Source: Terrimicrobiaceae bacterium (GTDB lineage Bacteria; Verrucomicrobiota; Verrucomicrobiia; Chthoniobacterales; Terrimicrobiaceae). From it: DNA of 64,000 nucleotides. Below are positions 20,992 through 34,981 of the stretch, piece by piece. A program made the position numbers and the translations under genes. Position 1 is the stretch's first letter. Each line of letters begins with the position of its first letter. Under the pieces are notes generated by a model. That model searched no databases. It saw only the letters and a program-made list of their open reading frames with translations, and had not been told where the DNA came from. The stretch covers positions 1-64,000 of the forward strand of contig JBIIPZ010000001.1 of assembly GCA_044342325.1 (NCBI GenBank). Direction: 5' to 3'.

Positions 20992-21561
20992 TCAGTCCCC
21001 AGGCTCGTATTCCGTTATTTTGGTAATATGAACGCCGATATCCAGCATGAGACCGGTCTGGCTGAATGCGAAGGTGAGGATTCCAGGCCTGTTGTTTGTT
21101 GTGGAAGCTGAGTGGGATAAAATCCCATCCGCGATGACGAGGCTGGGGGAACTCCCGATTTCAAATCCTCGGGAGTCGTAGAGATAGTCCAGCGCGTCTT
21201 CATTCATGAAAAAAATCGCATACCCGAATTTCTTGATTCCCAGCTCCAACCCGAATGAGAGGCCCGTGAGGTTGTAAAAACTCCTGGCCTTCGTTTTTTC
21301 GAAAAGAACACCCGTGGCGGTTTCCACGCCGATTCCCAGTGCGAGTTTTTTGGCCTCTGGAAATACGAGAACCGCATAAGCATGATCCACGTTCGCGGCA
21401 GCCACCCGGTTGTGCCTGAAAAGACGGCTCAGAGCGCCTCGAGCCTTCTTTTCGATCTCGTTCGGTGGGACTGCCTCCGCGTGAGGTAACAGCCCGATGG
21501 CCAGACACAGCAACAGAATGCCGCACACCCATCGCTTTCCAAAAAGGGGCAGAGTTTTCAT
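20992..21561 (-). CDS. Exported YSC84/SYLF lipid-binding domain protein
   Basis: Signal peptide, then AVLVFP...GIG...G.L, SFGLELG, AIFFMNEDAL and GLM. Confidence 0.8.
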   Translation of the reverse strand: MKTLPLFGKRWVCGILLLCLAIGLLPHAEAVPPNEIEKKARGALSRLFRHNRVAAANVDHAYAVLVFPEAKKLALGIGVETATGVLFEKTKARSFYNLTGLSFGLELGIKKFGYAIFFMNEDALDYLYDSRGFEIGSSPSLVIADGILSHSASTTNNRPGILTFAFSQTGLMLDIGVHITKITEYEPGD

Positions 21562-21718
21562 CGAATCACCATGCCCGCCGCTTCCTCCTCTCGCCTATGG
21601 GGTGAAGACCTCATGCCTTCCTGCATAACGGCGGCGAGACAAGCCAGGCGCGGGTTTGCTGATTCATTGTTCTCGACAATAGTTGCATCGCAACGGCATC
21701 AGGGCGCGTAATGAAGGC

Positions 21719-22405
21719 ATGGCAAATATTCTAATCACAGGTGCGTCGAGCGGGGTGGGGGCAGAACTAGCGAGGCGTCTCGCAGCTCGTGGAGACGCGC
21801 TTTTTCTCAGCGGCCGCTCTGAAGATAAACTCAAGAATCTCGGGTTGAACGCCTCCATTTTTGCAGGCGATCTTACTTCTCCCGGAGCAGCTGAGAAGGT
21901 TGTCGCTTCTGCCATTTCCGAGTTGGGCTCCTTGGATGTCGTCATTCACTGCGCAGGGATTGGCCTCATCAAACCAGCTGCTGACACCACGGATGCCGAA
22001 TTCACGCATGTCATGAATGTGAACACCCGCGCGGCATTTCTCCTCGCCCGCGAGTCTTGCAAAGCCATGGCGACTGCGAAAAAAGGGCTTTTTATCACGA
22101 TCCCCGGCATTCTCGGCAAGGCTCCCATGCGCAATGCCTCGGCCTATGTGGCCAGCAAATATGCGCTCACTGGGATGATCAAATGCTTTGCTCAAGAGTA
22201 TCAGCGCTCGGGTCTGCGATTCTGTCTCTTCCATCTTGGAGGCATCGACACGCCGTTTTGGGATCAGATTCAGATGGCCGTTCAGCGTGAAAAAATGATT
22301 CCCGTCGCGACGGCTGCCGACTTGATTTTACAGGCGATCGATGCGCCGCCGCATTTGGTGTTGAGCGAGGTGGTGATGCAACCGGAGAGTCACCAGTTGG
22401 TCTGA
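21719..22405 (+). CDS. Short-chain dehydrogenase/reductase
   Basis: TGASSGVG and YVASK motifs. Confidence 0.92.
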   Translation: MANILITGASSGVGAELARRLAARGDALFLSGRSEDKLKNLGLNASIFAGDLTSPGAAEKVVASAISELGSLDVVIHCAGIGLIKPAADTTDAEFTHVMNVNTRAAFLLARESCKAMATAKKGLFITIPGILGKAPMRNASAYVASKYALTGMIKCFAQEYQRSGLRFCLFHLGGIDTPFWDQIQMAVQREKMIPVATAADLILQAIDAPPHLVLSEVVMQPESHQLV

Positions 22406-22436
22406 GCGTCGCCTGCTTTCGGTTTCTGGATGCGGC

Positions 22437-22898
22437 TCAGCGGCCCCGCTTGTTGAATGCCGCCACTGTCCTTGCCGCCTCGCGGTCCTCGACCCTCTTC
22501 TTTAAGTCCTGGCGCTTGTCAGATGCCAGTTTGCCTTTCCCTAGGCCGACTTCCACTTTGACGCGGCCTTTTTTCCAATACATCCGCAGGGCTGGAATGG
22601 TGAGTCCCTCGCGATCTACGGCACCAGCGAGTTTGTTGATCTCCGCCCGATGGAGCAGAAGCCGACGCGGGCGCTTGGACTCATGCTGTTCGTGGCTCGC
22701 GCGCTCGTAGGGCTGAATCGCGCAGTCGAAGAGGTAGAGGTCGCCGTTCTGGATGCGGGCGAACGCTCCTTGCATGGAAACAAATCCTGCCCGCAGGGAC
22801 TTGACCTCCGTGCCCTTCAACTCAACGCCAGCCTCGAATTTTTCGAGAATACTGTAGTCTCGGAAGGCCTTCCTGTTTGTTGTGATTTCGGAGGACAT
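22437..22898 (-). CDS. smpB: SsrA-binding protein
   Basis: NRKAFRDY, EAGVELKGTEVKSLR and GKGK...DKR motifs. Confidence 0.96.
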   Translation of the reverse strand: MSSEITTNRKAFRDYSILEKFEAGVELKGTEVKSLRAGFVSMQGAFARIQNGDLYLFDCAIQPYERASHEQHESKRPRRLLLHRAEINKLAGAVDREGLTIPALRMYWKKGRVKVEVGLGKGKLASDKRQDLKKRVEDREAARTVAAFNKRGR

Positions 22899-22928
22899 GG
22901 ATGCGGCTTGAGGGCCGCCAAGAGCCGA

Positions 22929-23138
22929 TTAGATCGCCTCAGCCAGCTCCGGCGCAACGATCACTTTGCCTTGGGCGATTTCCTGAAGCGCGATGTCCGC
23001 GAGGCCTGTTCCCGGATCGACATCGATCAGCGGTCGGCTCCCGGCGTTGAGCTGGCGCACACGGCGTGAAACCATGTTGATGAGGACCTGCGTCTCGGGA
23101 ATCATTTTGGAAGCTTCGTCGATGTATTGGGCTTTCAT
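22929..23138 (-). CDS. rpoZ: RNA polymerase omega subunit
   Basis: LINMVSRRVRQL..G.RPL and DIALQEIAQGK motifs. Confidence 0.85.
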   Translation of the reverse strand: MKAQYIDEASKMIPETQVLINMVSRRVRQLNAGSRPLIDVDPGTGLADIALQEIAQGKVIVAPELAEAI

Positions 23139-23178
23139 GGGTAAAATATCCGCTGTTGGTTGAAAGAGCGGATTGCGG

Positions 23179-23252
23179 AAAATACGGCTCATTCCGGCCC
23201 AGTCAATTTTTTTATTTTTTTAATTTGACAATCCTCCCGACTCATCTAATTT
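23179..23252. promoter_or_regulatory. Back-to-back sigma70 promoters (rpoZ-smpB and rplA operon)
   Basis: Minus strand TTGACT-N16-TATTTT (23206-23179) and plus strand TTGACA-N16-TAATTT (23225-23252), separated by an A/T-only tract. Confidence 0.6.
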
Positions 23253-23283
23253 CTCGCCTCCCGAAATCGGGAGAAACCTAACC

Positions 23284-23312
23284 GCAGGAGACCGGATGGT
23301 CGTTAGCACTGC
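23284..23312 (+). promoter_or_regulatory. L1 autoregulatory mRNA site (L1 leader)
   Basis: GCAG-GAG-ACC-ggat-GGT-CGTTAGCA-CTGC has the stem/asymmetric-loop layout of the E. coli L11-operon L1 site (GGGAG...CGTTATTACCC), 9 nt before rplA. Confidence 0.7.
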
Positions 23313-23321
23313 AATTATTCC

Positions 23322-24023
23322 ATGCAAAAAAAACGAAGCAAACGCTACCGCGCAGCGGTGGCAAAAGTTGAGGCCAACAAAAAATATGCGCTGGCCGATG
23401 CGATCAACACTCTGAAGACACTTCCCGCTGTGAAGTTCGATCAGACCGTGACACTTTCTTTCAAGCTGGGTGTAGATCCCAAGCAGAGCGATCAGATGGT
23501 GCGTGGCACCTGCCCGCTTCCAAATGGCAGTGGTAAAAATGTTCGCGTATTGGTTTTCGCAACCGGACAAGCTGCTGAAGCGGCCAAGGAAGCCGGAGCC
23601 GAAATCGTCGGATTCGAAGATGTCATCAAAAAAGTCACTGGAGGGTTCTCCGACTTCGATGTCGCCATCGCCACACCCGCAGCCATGGCTGAAGTCCGCA
23701 AGCTCGGTCGCGTTCTCGGACCTCGTGGTCTCATGCCTAATCCCAAAACCGGCACAGTCACCGACGACACCGCGAAAGCTGTTAAGGAAGTCAAGGCAGG
23801 TCGCGTGGAATTCAAGCTCGACAAGAACGGCAACATCGCCGTCCCAGTCGGAAAATTTTCTTTCGAACCACAAGCCCTCGCGGAAAACGGTGCCGCTGTC
23901 ATCGACGCAGTCGTCAAGGCCCGCCCGGCAACAGCCAAGGGCTCTTTTGTAAACGCCATCACTCTCAGCGCGACAATGTCCCCTGGTCTCGCCGTGGATC
24001 CTGCACCCTACCTCAAAAACTAA
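23322..24023 (+). CDS. rplA: 50S ribosomal protein L1
   Basis: KFDQTV and LGPRGLMPNPKTGTVT motifs. Confidence 0.98.
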   Translation: MQKKRSKRYRAAVAKVEANKKYALADAINTLKTLPAVKFDQTVTLSFKLGVDPKQSDQMVRGTCPLPNGSGKNVRVLVFATGQAAEAAKEAGAEIVGFEDVIKKVTGGFSDFDVAIATPAAMAEVRKLGRVLGPRGLMPNPKTGTVTDDTAKAVKEVKAGRVEFKLDKNGNIAVPVGKFSFEPQALAENGAAVIDAVVKARPATAKGSFVNAITLSATMSPGLAVDPAPYLKN

Positions 24024-24035
24024 GCATTTCATTCC

Positions 24036-24557
24036 ATGAGACCCGAGAAAACACTCATCGTTTCCGACATCCGCGAGAAGCTCCAAGCTTCACCTTATCT
24101 GCTCGTCGTTGACTTCACCGGCATGAAGGTGCCGCATTTTGAAAATCTCCGCATCCGTCTCGCTGACGCCGGCGCCCGCATGAGCGTTGTGAGGAATACT
24201 TTTCTTCGCATCGCTGCAACGGAGCTCCAGATGCCTGAGCTGTCCGACTCGCTTGCGGGCCAGACCGCAATGGTCACTGGCGAAACCGACATCTGTGCTG
24301 CTGCCAAGGTTCTCAAAACCTTCGCAGCCGAGTTCAAAAAGCCAACAGTTCGCGCCGGGGTTCTCGACAACGCCGCACTAAGTGCCGCCCAAGTTTCCGA
24401 GCTCGCCGACCTGCCAAGCAAGGACGTCCTCCGTGCGAAGCTGCTCGGTCTGCTTCAGACTCCAGCCAGCCAGTTTGTTCGAATCCTCAACGAACCCGCC
24501 GCCAGCTTGGCGCGCGTGCTCAAGGCCAAAGGCGACGCACTCGCCGGCGCCGAATAA
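24036..24557 (+). CDS. rplJ: 50S ribosomal protein L10
   Basis: VVRNTF and LADLPSKDVLRAKLLG motifs; gene order. Confidence 0.95.
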   Translation: MRPEKTLIVSDIREKLQASPYLLVVDFTGMKVPHFENLRIRLADAGARMSVVRNTFLRIAATELQMPELSDSLAGQTAMVTGETDICAAAKVLKTFAAEFKKPTVRAGVLDNAALSAAQVSELADLPSKDVLRAKLLGLLQTPASQFVRILNEPAASLARVLKAKGDALAGAE

Positions 24558-24706
24558 TTCCAAAAAGAAAAATTTCATCGCCGAGCCGAAAGGCGAGGGG
24601 ATGGACAACAAGAAAACACAACCGGTTCCTTGTCGGTCAGGCGGCTTCCTGACTCAAACTTCCCGATGCCTCGGGATACGACGATACCAAAACACAAATA
24701 CACCAT

Positions 24707-25090
24707 ATGGCAGATACAACCGCACTCGTCGATCAACTCAGCGGACTCACCGTCCTTGAAATTGCTGACCTCGTTAAACAACTCGAAGAAAAATGGGGCG
24801 TCAGCGCCGCTGCTCCCGTTGCCGTAGCCGCTGCAGGCCCAGCCGGTGGAGCCGCTGCTGCACCAGCTGAGGAGAAAACCTCCTTCGACGTCATCCTCAC
24901 CGATGCCGGCACCAACAAGATCGCCGTCATTAAAGAAGTTCGCGCCGCTGTGGCCGGACTCGGTCTCGCCGAGGCTAAAGCCCTCGTCGAAGGCGCACCC
25001 AAGTCCCTTAAAGAGGGCGTCACCAAGGAAGAAGCCGCTGAGATCAAGAAGAAGATCGAAGCCGCCGGCGCCAAGGTCGAAGTCAAGTAA
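24707..25090 (+). CDS. rplL: 50S ribosomal protein L7/L12
   Basis: [19 protein letters not shown] and [10 protein letters not shown] motifs. Confidence 0.98.
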   Translation: MADTTALVDQLSGLTVLEIADLVKQLEEKWGVSAAAPVAVAAAGPAGGAAAAPAEEKTSFDVILTDAGTNKIAVIKEVRAAVAGLGLAEAKALVEGAPKSLKEGVTKEEAAEIKKKIEAAGAKVEVK

Positions 25091-25099
25091 GCCAGTTTC

Positions 25100-25156
25100 A
25101 AACTCCGCAGGGAGGTCCGGAATACCTCTTGACCTTCCTGCGGGTTTAGCTATTTT
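25100..25156 (+). terminator. rplL-rpoB intergenic hairpin (attenuator-like)
   Basis: CCGCAGGGAGGTC...GACCTTCCTGCGG followed by a weak T-rich tail. Confidence 0.55.
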
Positions 25157-25345
25157 CACACGCTCGCTTTACCAGCAAAAAAACAACCATCTGCTCCTTC
25201 GCCAACACAAAGCATTTCAGCATCCGCCATCGGATCATCTGGAAATATCCAGAATCGTCCGATCACGGAGTTTTTTGCTTTCGCGAAGAGACGGATGACC
25301 ACGGCCTTGGATTAGGCCAAACAACCCGCGGCACCGCAAAAAAAC

Positions 25346-29143
<3,798 letters not shown>

Positions 29144-29182
29144 TCCCGAAATCAAAACCCGACACAACCTGACGAATCATAA

Positions 29183-32100
29183 ATGAAAGATCTAAACTTC
29201 AACGAATCCGTTGGTGAAGCGAAACCCGTTGGTTTTGACGAGGTGGCCATCACCGTGGCATCCCCGGATGCCATGCGTAGCTGGAGCAAGGGAGAGGTAA
29301 AAAATCCCGAGACCATCAACTATCGCACGTTTAAGCCTGAAAAAGGCGGCCTCTTCTGCGAGCGTATCTTCGGTCCAACACGCGATTGGGAGTGCTCTTG
29401 CGGTAAGTATAAGCGCATCAAGCATAAAGGTGTCATCTGCGACCGTTGCGGTGTTGAGGTTACCCTCTCCCGCGTGCGCCGTGAGCGCATGGGTCACATC
29501 GACCTTGCCGTGCCCGTCTCGCACATTTGGTTCTATAAATGCATGCCATCCCGCTTGGGCCTCATGCTTGATATGACCTCTCGTGCTCTGGAGCGCGTCA
29601 TTTATTACGAGGACTTTATCGTTATCGATCCAGGTAGCACTCCTCTCGAAAAATGCCAACTCCTCACCGAAGCGGAATTCCGTGATGCCGAGGAACAGTA
29701 TGGCGAAGAATTCACGGCAGGCATGGGCGCTGAAGCGATTCAGAAAATTCTCGCATCCATGGACCTTGCTGTTGTCCAGCAGGAAATCGAGGAGTCCATG
29801 GGTTCGACCCGCAGTAAGCAACTCCGCAAAAAACTCGCAAAACGCCTCAAACTCGTTCAGGGCTTTGCTGACTCAAAAACACGACCCGAGTGGATGATCC
29901 TGAATGTTCTCCCAGTCATTCCGCCGGATCTCCGCCCTCTCGTTCCTCTTGAAGGTGGACGTTTCGCGACATCCGATCTCAATGATCTCTATCGCCGAGT
30001 CATCAACCGTAACAACCGTCTTCGCACATTGTTGCAACTCAAGACTCCAGAAGTCATCATTCGCAATGAAAAGCGCATGCTTCAAGAGTCGGTGGATGCC
30101 CTTTTTGACAATGGCCGCCACGGCCGCGCTGTAACGGGTGCCGCCAATCGCCCGCTCAAGTCCCTCAGCGACATGCTTAAGGGCAAAGGCGGACGCTTCC
30201 GTCAAAACCTTCTTGGCAAGCGCGTTGATTACTCGGGCCGCTCGGTCATCGTCATCGGGCCTGAACTCAAGCTCAACCAGTGCGGGTTGCCCAAAAAAAT
30301 GGCCCTCGTTCTTTTCGAGCCATTTATCATTCGTCGCCTTAAGGAGCTTGGTTATGTCCATACGGTTCGTAGCGCCAAGAAACTCATCGAGCGCCAGACT
30401 CCAGAGGTCTGGGATATCCTCGAAGAGGTGACCAAAGGCCATCCTGTCATGTTGAACCGCGCTCCGACCCTGCACCGCCTTTCGATTCAGGCGTTTGAGC
30501 CGATTCTTATCGAGGGTGAGGCCATTCGTGTTCACCCGCTTGTCTGCACTGCTTACAACGCAGACTTCGACGGTGACCAGATGGCTGTTCACGTTCCGCT
30601 ATCTGTTGAGGCGCAAATGGAAGCTCGCATGCTTATGCTCGCTCCAAACAACATCTTCTCGCCATCCAGCGGCAAGCCCATCACCACGCCATCACAGGAC
30701 ATTCCGCTCGGTTGCTATTATCTGACGCAGAAGCCACGTGGCGAGGACGCTGACAAGGCCAAGCGCATGCCTCTGTTTGAGAACGCGGATGAAGTCGAAC
30801 TCGCTCTTACTGAGCGCGCAATCCGAACCCAGACCCGTATTCTCTTCAAAAATCCTGACCTTGGCATTGAAACCGTTTATGGCGATTCAACCAAGTCGGT
30901 GATCGAAACCACAGCCGGTCGGGTTATCTTCAACCAAATCTGGCCAAAAGCTCTCGGCTTCTACAACAAAGTCTGCGGTAAGAAACAGCTCTCGGACATC
31001 ATTTGGCGCTGCTACAAATCAAGTGGTCAACAAACTACCGTCGAAACGCTTGACCGTCTCAAGGAACTCGGCTTCCGCGAAGCAACCCGCGCGGGTGTTT
31101 CCATCGGTATCAATGACATGATGGTGCCCAAGGAGAAAGAGCAACTCCTCGAAAAAGCCTACCGTGAAATCGGAGAGGTGGAAAAACAATACCGCCGAGG
31201 CATCATCACCGATGGCGAGCGCAAAAACAAAGTTCAGGATATCTGGACCCACACCGGTGAAGAGATCGCCAACGCCCTCTTCCGCACGCTTGAATACAAC
31301 GACAACCGCCGCGACATGAACCCCGTCTTTATGATGGTGGATTCCGGTGCGCGTGGTAACCGCACCCAGGTTAAGCAGCTCGCCGGTATGCGCGGTCAGA
31401 TGGCCAAACCATCGGGCGAAATCATCGAGCAGCCCATCACCGCGAACTTCCGTGAGGGACTGACCGTGCTCGAGTATTTCATCTCTGCACACGGCGCTCG
31501 CAAAGGTCTCGCCGACACAGCTCTTAAAACCGCTGACTCTGGATACCTTACACGTAAACTCGTTGACGCCGCACAGGATGTCATCATCACGATCGATGAC
31601 TGCCACACTGCAAATGGCATCGTCGTCCGCCCGATCTACGAAGGAGACGAAGAAGTGGTCAGCCTCTCGACCCGTATCATCGGCCGCACCAGCTGCGAAA
31701 CCGTTAAAGATCCGATCACAGGCAAGGCCATTCTTAAAAAAGATCAACTCGTTGATGAGGAAACTGCAGCTTCTTTGGAAAAAATCGGCCACGAGCAACT
31801 CAAGATCCGTTCGGCACTTACTTGCGAATCCCAACGCGGTATTTGTATCAAATGCTACGGTCGCAGTCTTGCCACAGGCGGCATGATCAAGATCGGTGAA
31901 GCTGTGGGCATCATTGCCGCGCAGTCCATCGGCGAGCCCGGCACCCAGCTCACGATGCGAACCTTCCACGTCGGCGGTGCTGCGAGCCAGACGTTCAAGC
32001 AACCAATCATCAAAGCCAAAAACGACGGCACCATCCGTTTCAACGAACTCAAAGTCGTGGAAACAGTGGACAAGACATTCGTTGTTCTCAACAAGAACGG

Positions 32101-33292
32101 AACGATTACGCTTCACGCAAAGGACGGCCGTGAACTCGAAAGCTACAACATCGTTGTCGGTTCGGTCATCTCCATTGCTGACGGCAGCACGGTTAAAAAA
32201 GGCGTCACACTCGTGCAGTGGGATCCTTACAACGTTCCGATCATCACTGAAAAAGCAGGTCGCATCGAATTCCGCGACATGATCCCTGGCGTCACTATCC
32301 GTCAGGAGATCGACGAATCTACAGGCGTTCGTGGCAATGTCGTCATCGAGCACAAAGAGGATCTTCACCCGCAGATCATTGTTGTGGACGAGGCAAAAAA
32401 CCTCCTCGCCAGCTACTCGATTCCCGCTGGGGCCCATATCGAAGTCAAGGAAGGTGCCAAAGTCCCAGCCGGACAGCGCGTCGCCCGAACACCTCGTAAG
32501 ATTGGCAAAACAAAAGACATCACCGGTGGTCTCCCACGCGTCGCCGAGCTTTTCGAAGCCCGCCGTCCGAAGGATGCCTGCGACATCGCCAAAATTGATG
32601 GCATCGTTGAAATCGGTGGCACAGTCCGCGCCAAACGCCGTCTCATCGTCAAAGACGCTGATACCGGTGCCGAGGAAGAGCACCTCATTCCGCTCAACAA
32701 GCACATCATCGTCTTCAAAGGCGATCTCGTTAAGAAAGGCCAGCAACTCACCGAGGGTCCAGTCGTCCCACACGAGATTCTCGAAATCTGCGGACCCCAA
32801 GAGCTCCAAGAACACCTTCTCAATGAGGTTCAGGAGGTCTACCGTCTGCAAGGCGTGGAAATCAACGACAAGCACATCGAGATCATCGTTCGTCAGATGC
32901 TGCGCAAGGTGAAAATCACCGAGCAAGGTGACACCAGCCTCCTCTGGGGCGATCAGGTGGACCGCCTCGCGTTTGAGAAAGAAAACGAAGAGGTCATTGC
33001 CAAGGGTGGAAAGCCAGCCGAAGCAAGCCCTGTGCTTCTTGGTATCACCAAAACCGCGCTCGAGACCGACAGCTTCATCTCCGCAGCATCCTTCCAAGAC
33101 ACAACACGCGTCTTGACCGAAGCCGCCACACTTGGCAGGGTCGACCGACTCCGCGGCTTCAAAGAGAACGTTATCATGGGCCACCTGATCCCCGCAGGCA
33201 CCGGCTTTGAGACAAACCGCAAAATCGAAATCACACAAGTCGGCGACGCTTTCGGAGCCGATAAAAAAGAATCACAAAAAGCCGCAAGCTAA
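29183..33292 (+). CDS. rpoC: RNA polymerase beta' subunit
   Basis: NADFDGDQM motif and zinc-finger cysteines. Confidence 0.99.
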   Translation: MKDLNFNESVGEAKPVGFDEVAITVASPDAMRSWSKGEVKNPETINYRTFKPEKGGLFCERIFGPTRDWECSCGKYKRIKHKGVICDRCGVEVTLSRVRRERMGHIDLAVPVSHIWFYKCMPSRLGLMLDMTSRALERVIYYEDFIVIDPGSTPLEKCQLLTEAEFRDAEEQYGEEFTAGMGAEAIQKILASMDLAVVQQEIEESMGSTRSKQLRKKLAKRLKLVQGFADSKTRPEWMILNVLPVIPPDLRPLVPLEGGRFATSDLNDLYRRVINRNNRLRTLLQLKTPEVIIRNEKRMLQESVDALFDNGRHGRAVTGAANRPLKSLSDMLKGKGGRFRQNLLGKRVDYSGRSVIVIGPELKLNQCGLPKKMALVLFEPFIIRRLKELGYVHTVRSAKKLIERQTPEVWDILEEVTKGHPVMLNRAPTLHRLSIQAFEPILIEGEAIRVHPLVCTAYNADFDGDQMAVHVPLSVEAQMEARMLMLAPNNIFSPSSGKPITTPSQDIPLGCYYLTQKPRGEDADKAKRMPLFENADEVELALTERAIRTQTRILFKNPDLGIETVYGDSTKSVIETTAGRVIFNQIWPKALGFYNKVCGKKQLSDIIWRCYKSSGQQTTVETLDRLKELGFREATRAGVSIGINDMMVPKEKEQLLEKAYREIGEVEKQYRRGIITDGERKNKVQDIWTHTGEEIANALFRTLEYNDNRRDMNPVFMMVDSGARGNRTQVKQLAGMRGQMAKPSGEIIEQPITANFREGLTVLEYFISAHGARKGLADTALKTADSGYLTRKLVDAAQDVIITIDDCHTANGIVVRPIYEGDEEVVSLSTRIIGRTSCETVKDPITGKAILKKDQLVDEETAASLEKIGHEQLKIRSALTCESQRGICIKCYGRSLATGGMIKIGEAVGIIAAQSIGEPGTQLTMRTFHVGGAASQTFKQPIIKAKNDGTIRFNELKVVETVDKTFVVLNKNGTITLHAKDGRELESYNIVVGSVISIADGSTVKKGVTLVQWDPYNVPIITEKAGRIEFRDMIPGVTIRQEIDESTGVRGNVVIEHKEDLHPQIIVVDEAKNLLASYSIPAGAHIEVKEGAKVPAGQRVARTPRKIGKTKDITGGLPRVAELFEARRPKDACDIAKIDGIVEIGGTVRAKRRLIVKDADTGAEEEHLIPLNKHIIVFKGDLVKKGQQLTEGPVVPHEILEICGPQELQEHLLNEVQEVYRLQGVEINDKHIEIIVRQMLRKVKITEQGDTSLLWGDQVDRLAFEKENEEVIAKGGKPAEASPVLLGITKTALETDSFISAASFQDTTRVLTEAATLGRVDRLRGFKENVIMGHLIPAGTGFETNRKIEITQVGDAFGADKKESQKAAS

Positions 33293-33307
33293 TCCACCAC
33301 CCATATC

Positions 33308-34057
33308 ATGTCAGAAGCCACAGCAAACCAACCCAGCATCGAACTCATGACGGAACTCCTCGAGGCCGGCGTCCATTACGGACACCAGACCAAGCGATGG
33401 AATCCCAAGATGCGCGATTACATCCTCGAGGAAAAAAATTCGATTTACATCATCGACCTCGGGCTCACCGTCGAGCAGATCGATAGCGCGACCAAATACC
33501 TTCGCGACCTCGTTCGCAATGGTGGAAAAGTTCTCTTCGTCGGAACCAAAAAACAGGCCCAAGGTGCCATTGCCGAAGCAGCCGAAGCGACCGGTCAGTT
33601 CTATGTCAATCAGCGCTGGTTGGGCGGAACACTCACCAACCTCACCACCATCCGCCGCAGCGTGGCCCGTCTCAAAGAGATTCAAGCCCTTGAGAAATCC
33701 CCGGCCTTCGCCAAGATCAACAAAGCCGAGGCTTCGTCCATTCGCCGCGAGGGTGCCAAGCTCCTCCACAACCTCGGTGGCATCGCCGAAATGGGCAAAC
33801 TTCCCGACGTCATGGTCGTCATTGATACCGTGCGCGAGGAAATCGCCGTAGCCGAAGCCAACCGCCTCGGAATCCCAGTCATCGCCATCGTCGATACCAA
33901 CAGCAACCCGGAGAAAATCGCCTACCCGATTGCCGGAAACGACGACGCCATCCGCTCGATCCGCGTGGTCCTCTCCAAGTTGGTCGAAGCCATCCTCGAT
34001 GGCAAAGGCGCCGGAGCCAAGGCCCGCAAACCCGAACTCGCAGCGGTCTCCGAGTAA
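33308..34057 (+). CDS. rpsB: 30S ribosomal protein S2
   Basis: [19 protein letters not shown] and GNDDAIRSI motifs. Confidence 0.98.
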   Translation: MSEATANQPSIELMTELLEAGVHYGHQTKRWNPKMRDYILEEKNSIYIIDLGLTVEQIDSATKYLRDLVRNGGKVLFVGTKKQAQGAIAEAAEATGQFYVNQRWLGGTLTNLTTIRRSVARLKEIQALEKSPAFAKINKAEASSIRREGAKLLHNLGGIAEMGKLPDVMVVIDTVREEIAVAEANRLGIPVIAIVDTNSNPEKIAYPIAGNDDAIRSIRVVLSKLVEAILDGKGAGAKARKPELAAVSE

Positions 34058-34067
34058 ACAGCAGTAA

Positions 34068-34107
34068 ATCCGACTGATCCTTCAGATCAGTCCGATTCGA
34101 CCGATCC
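34068..34107. repeat. Intergenic hairpin with (A)TCCGAC(C/T)GATC-like units
   Basis: GACTGATC-cttca-GATCAGTC followed by TCGACCGATCC. Confidence 0.45.
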
Positions 34108-34119
34108 AATAAAATTACC

Positions 34120-34719
34120 ATGTCCGAAATCTCAGCAACTCTCGTCAAAGAACTCCGCGAAAAAACCAACGCGGGGATGATGGATTGTAAAAAAGCCCTC
34201 ACCGAAGCCGGTGGCGATCTCGCCGCCGCCGAGGATCTTCTCCGCAAAAAAGGCATCGCCAGCGCCGGCAAGAAGGCCTCTCGCGAAGCGAAGGAAGGCA
34301 CCATTGCTTCCTACATCCACCTCGCCGGCAAAGTCGGCGTCCTCGTCGAAATCAATTGCGAAACCGACTTCGTTGCCAAAAACGAAATCTTCCGCGATTT
34401 CGTCAAAGACGTCACTCTCCACATTGCGGCTTCGCATCCGCTCTATGTGACTCGTGAACAGGTCCCGGCCGACCTCATCGCCCGCGAACGAGACATCGCC
34501 GCCGCACAAGTGCAAGGCAAACCCGCCAACATCGTGGACAAGATCGTCGATGGCAAAATCGACAAATTCCTTGGCACCATTTGCCTTCTTGAGCAGCCCT
34601 TCATCAAAAATCCGGAGACGACCATCAAAGACCTCGTCTCCAGCAAAATCGCGGAACTCGGCGAAAATATCATCATTCGTCGATTCACCCGCTACACCGT
34701 AGGCGAAGAGCTCGTCTAA
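34120..34719 (+). CDS. tsf: Elongation factor Ts (short form)
   Basis: LREKTNAGMMDCKKAL and NCETDFVA motifs; 199 aa. Confidence 0.97.
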   Translation: MSEISATLVKELREKTNAGMMDCKKALTEAGGDLAAAEDLLRKKGIASAGKKASREAKEGTIASYIHLAGKVGVLVEINCETDFVAKNEIFRDFVKDVTLHIAASHPLYVTREQVPADLIARERDIAAAQVQGKPANIVDKIVDGKIDKFLGTICLLEQPFIKNPETTIKDLVSSKIAELGENIIIRRFTRYTVGEELV

Positions 34720-34732
34720 GGATAAACCTCTC

Positions 34733-34773
34733 AAAACGGGGTTGCGGTTTTAAAGCCGCAACCCCGTTTTTTT
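34733..34773 (+). terminator. Rho-independent terminator of the rpl-rpo-rpsB-tsf operon
   Basis: AAAACGGGGTTGCGG...CCGCAACCCCGTTTTTTT. Confidence 0.88.
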
Positions 34774-34866
34774 GCGCCCATTGCTTTTTTCCAATCTCCT
34801 CTTGCCAGCACCAAAATCAGAACCCTTGAAGTGCAAGGAAAGCGTGTGACACGCGATGGCCAAGGG

Positions 34867-34887
34867 GGCATGGGCGTCCCGCCCGTG
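34867..34887. repeat. REP-like palindrome (CACGGGCGGGACGCCCATGCC type)
   Basis: CATGGGCG-TCC-CGCCCGTG hairpin. Resembles a short repeat I recall from PVC-group genomes. Confidence 0.55.
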
Positions 34888-34981
34888 TCGGCACTGATTT
34901 TCATTTCGAATGGGATCATTCCCATCAGTCCATCGTTTCCCATGGATCACCGCCGCAAAATCTTTGAAAATATCTCTCTTG

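Noticed and set aside
22406..23321. tmRNA or tRNA near smpB
   Set aside because: No tRNA-like ends or T-arm motif; I recognised no tRNA or rRNA anywhere in the window.
31019..33238. 739-aa antisense ORF inside rpoC, with similar ones opposite pnp (40191-42281), rpoB, accC, hsdR, hsdM, glnII and rplA
   Set aside because: Shadow frames produced by the biased codon usage of the sense genes; no recognisable motifs.
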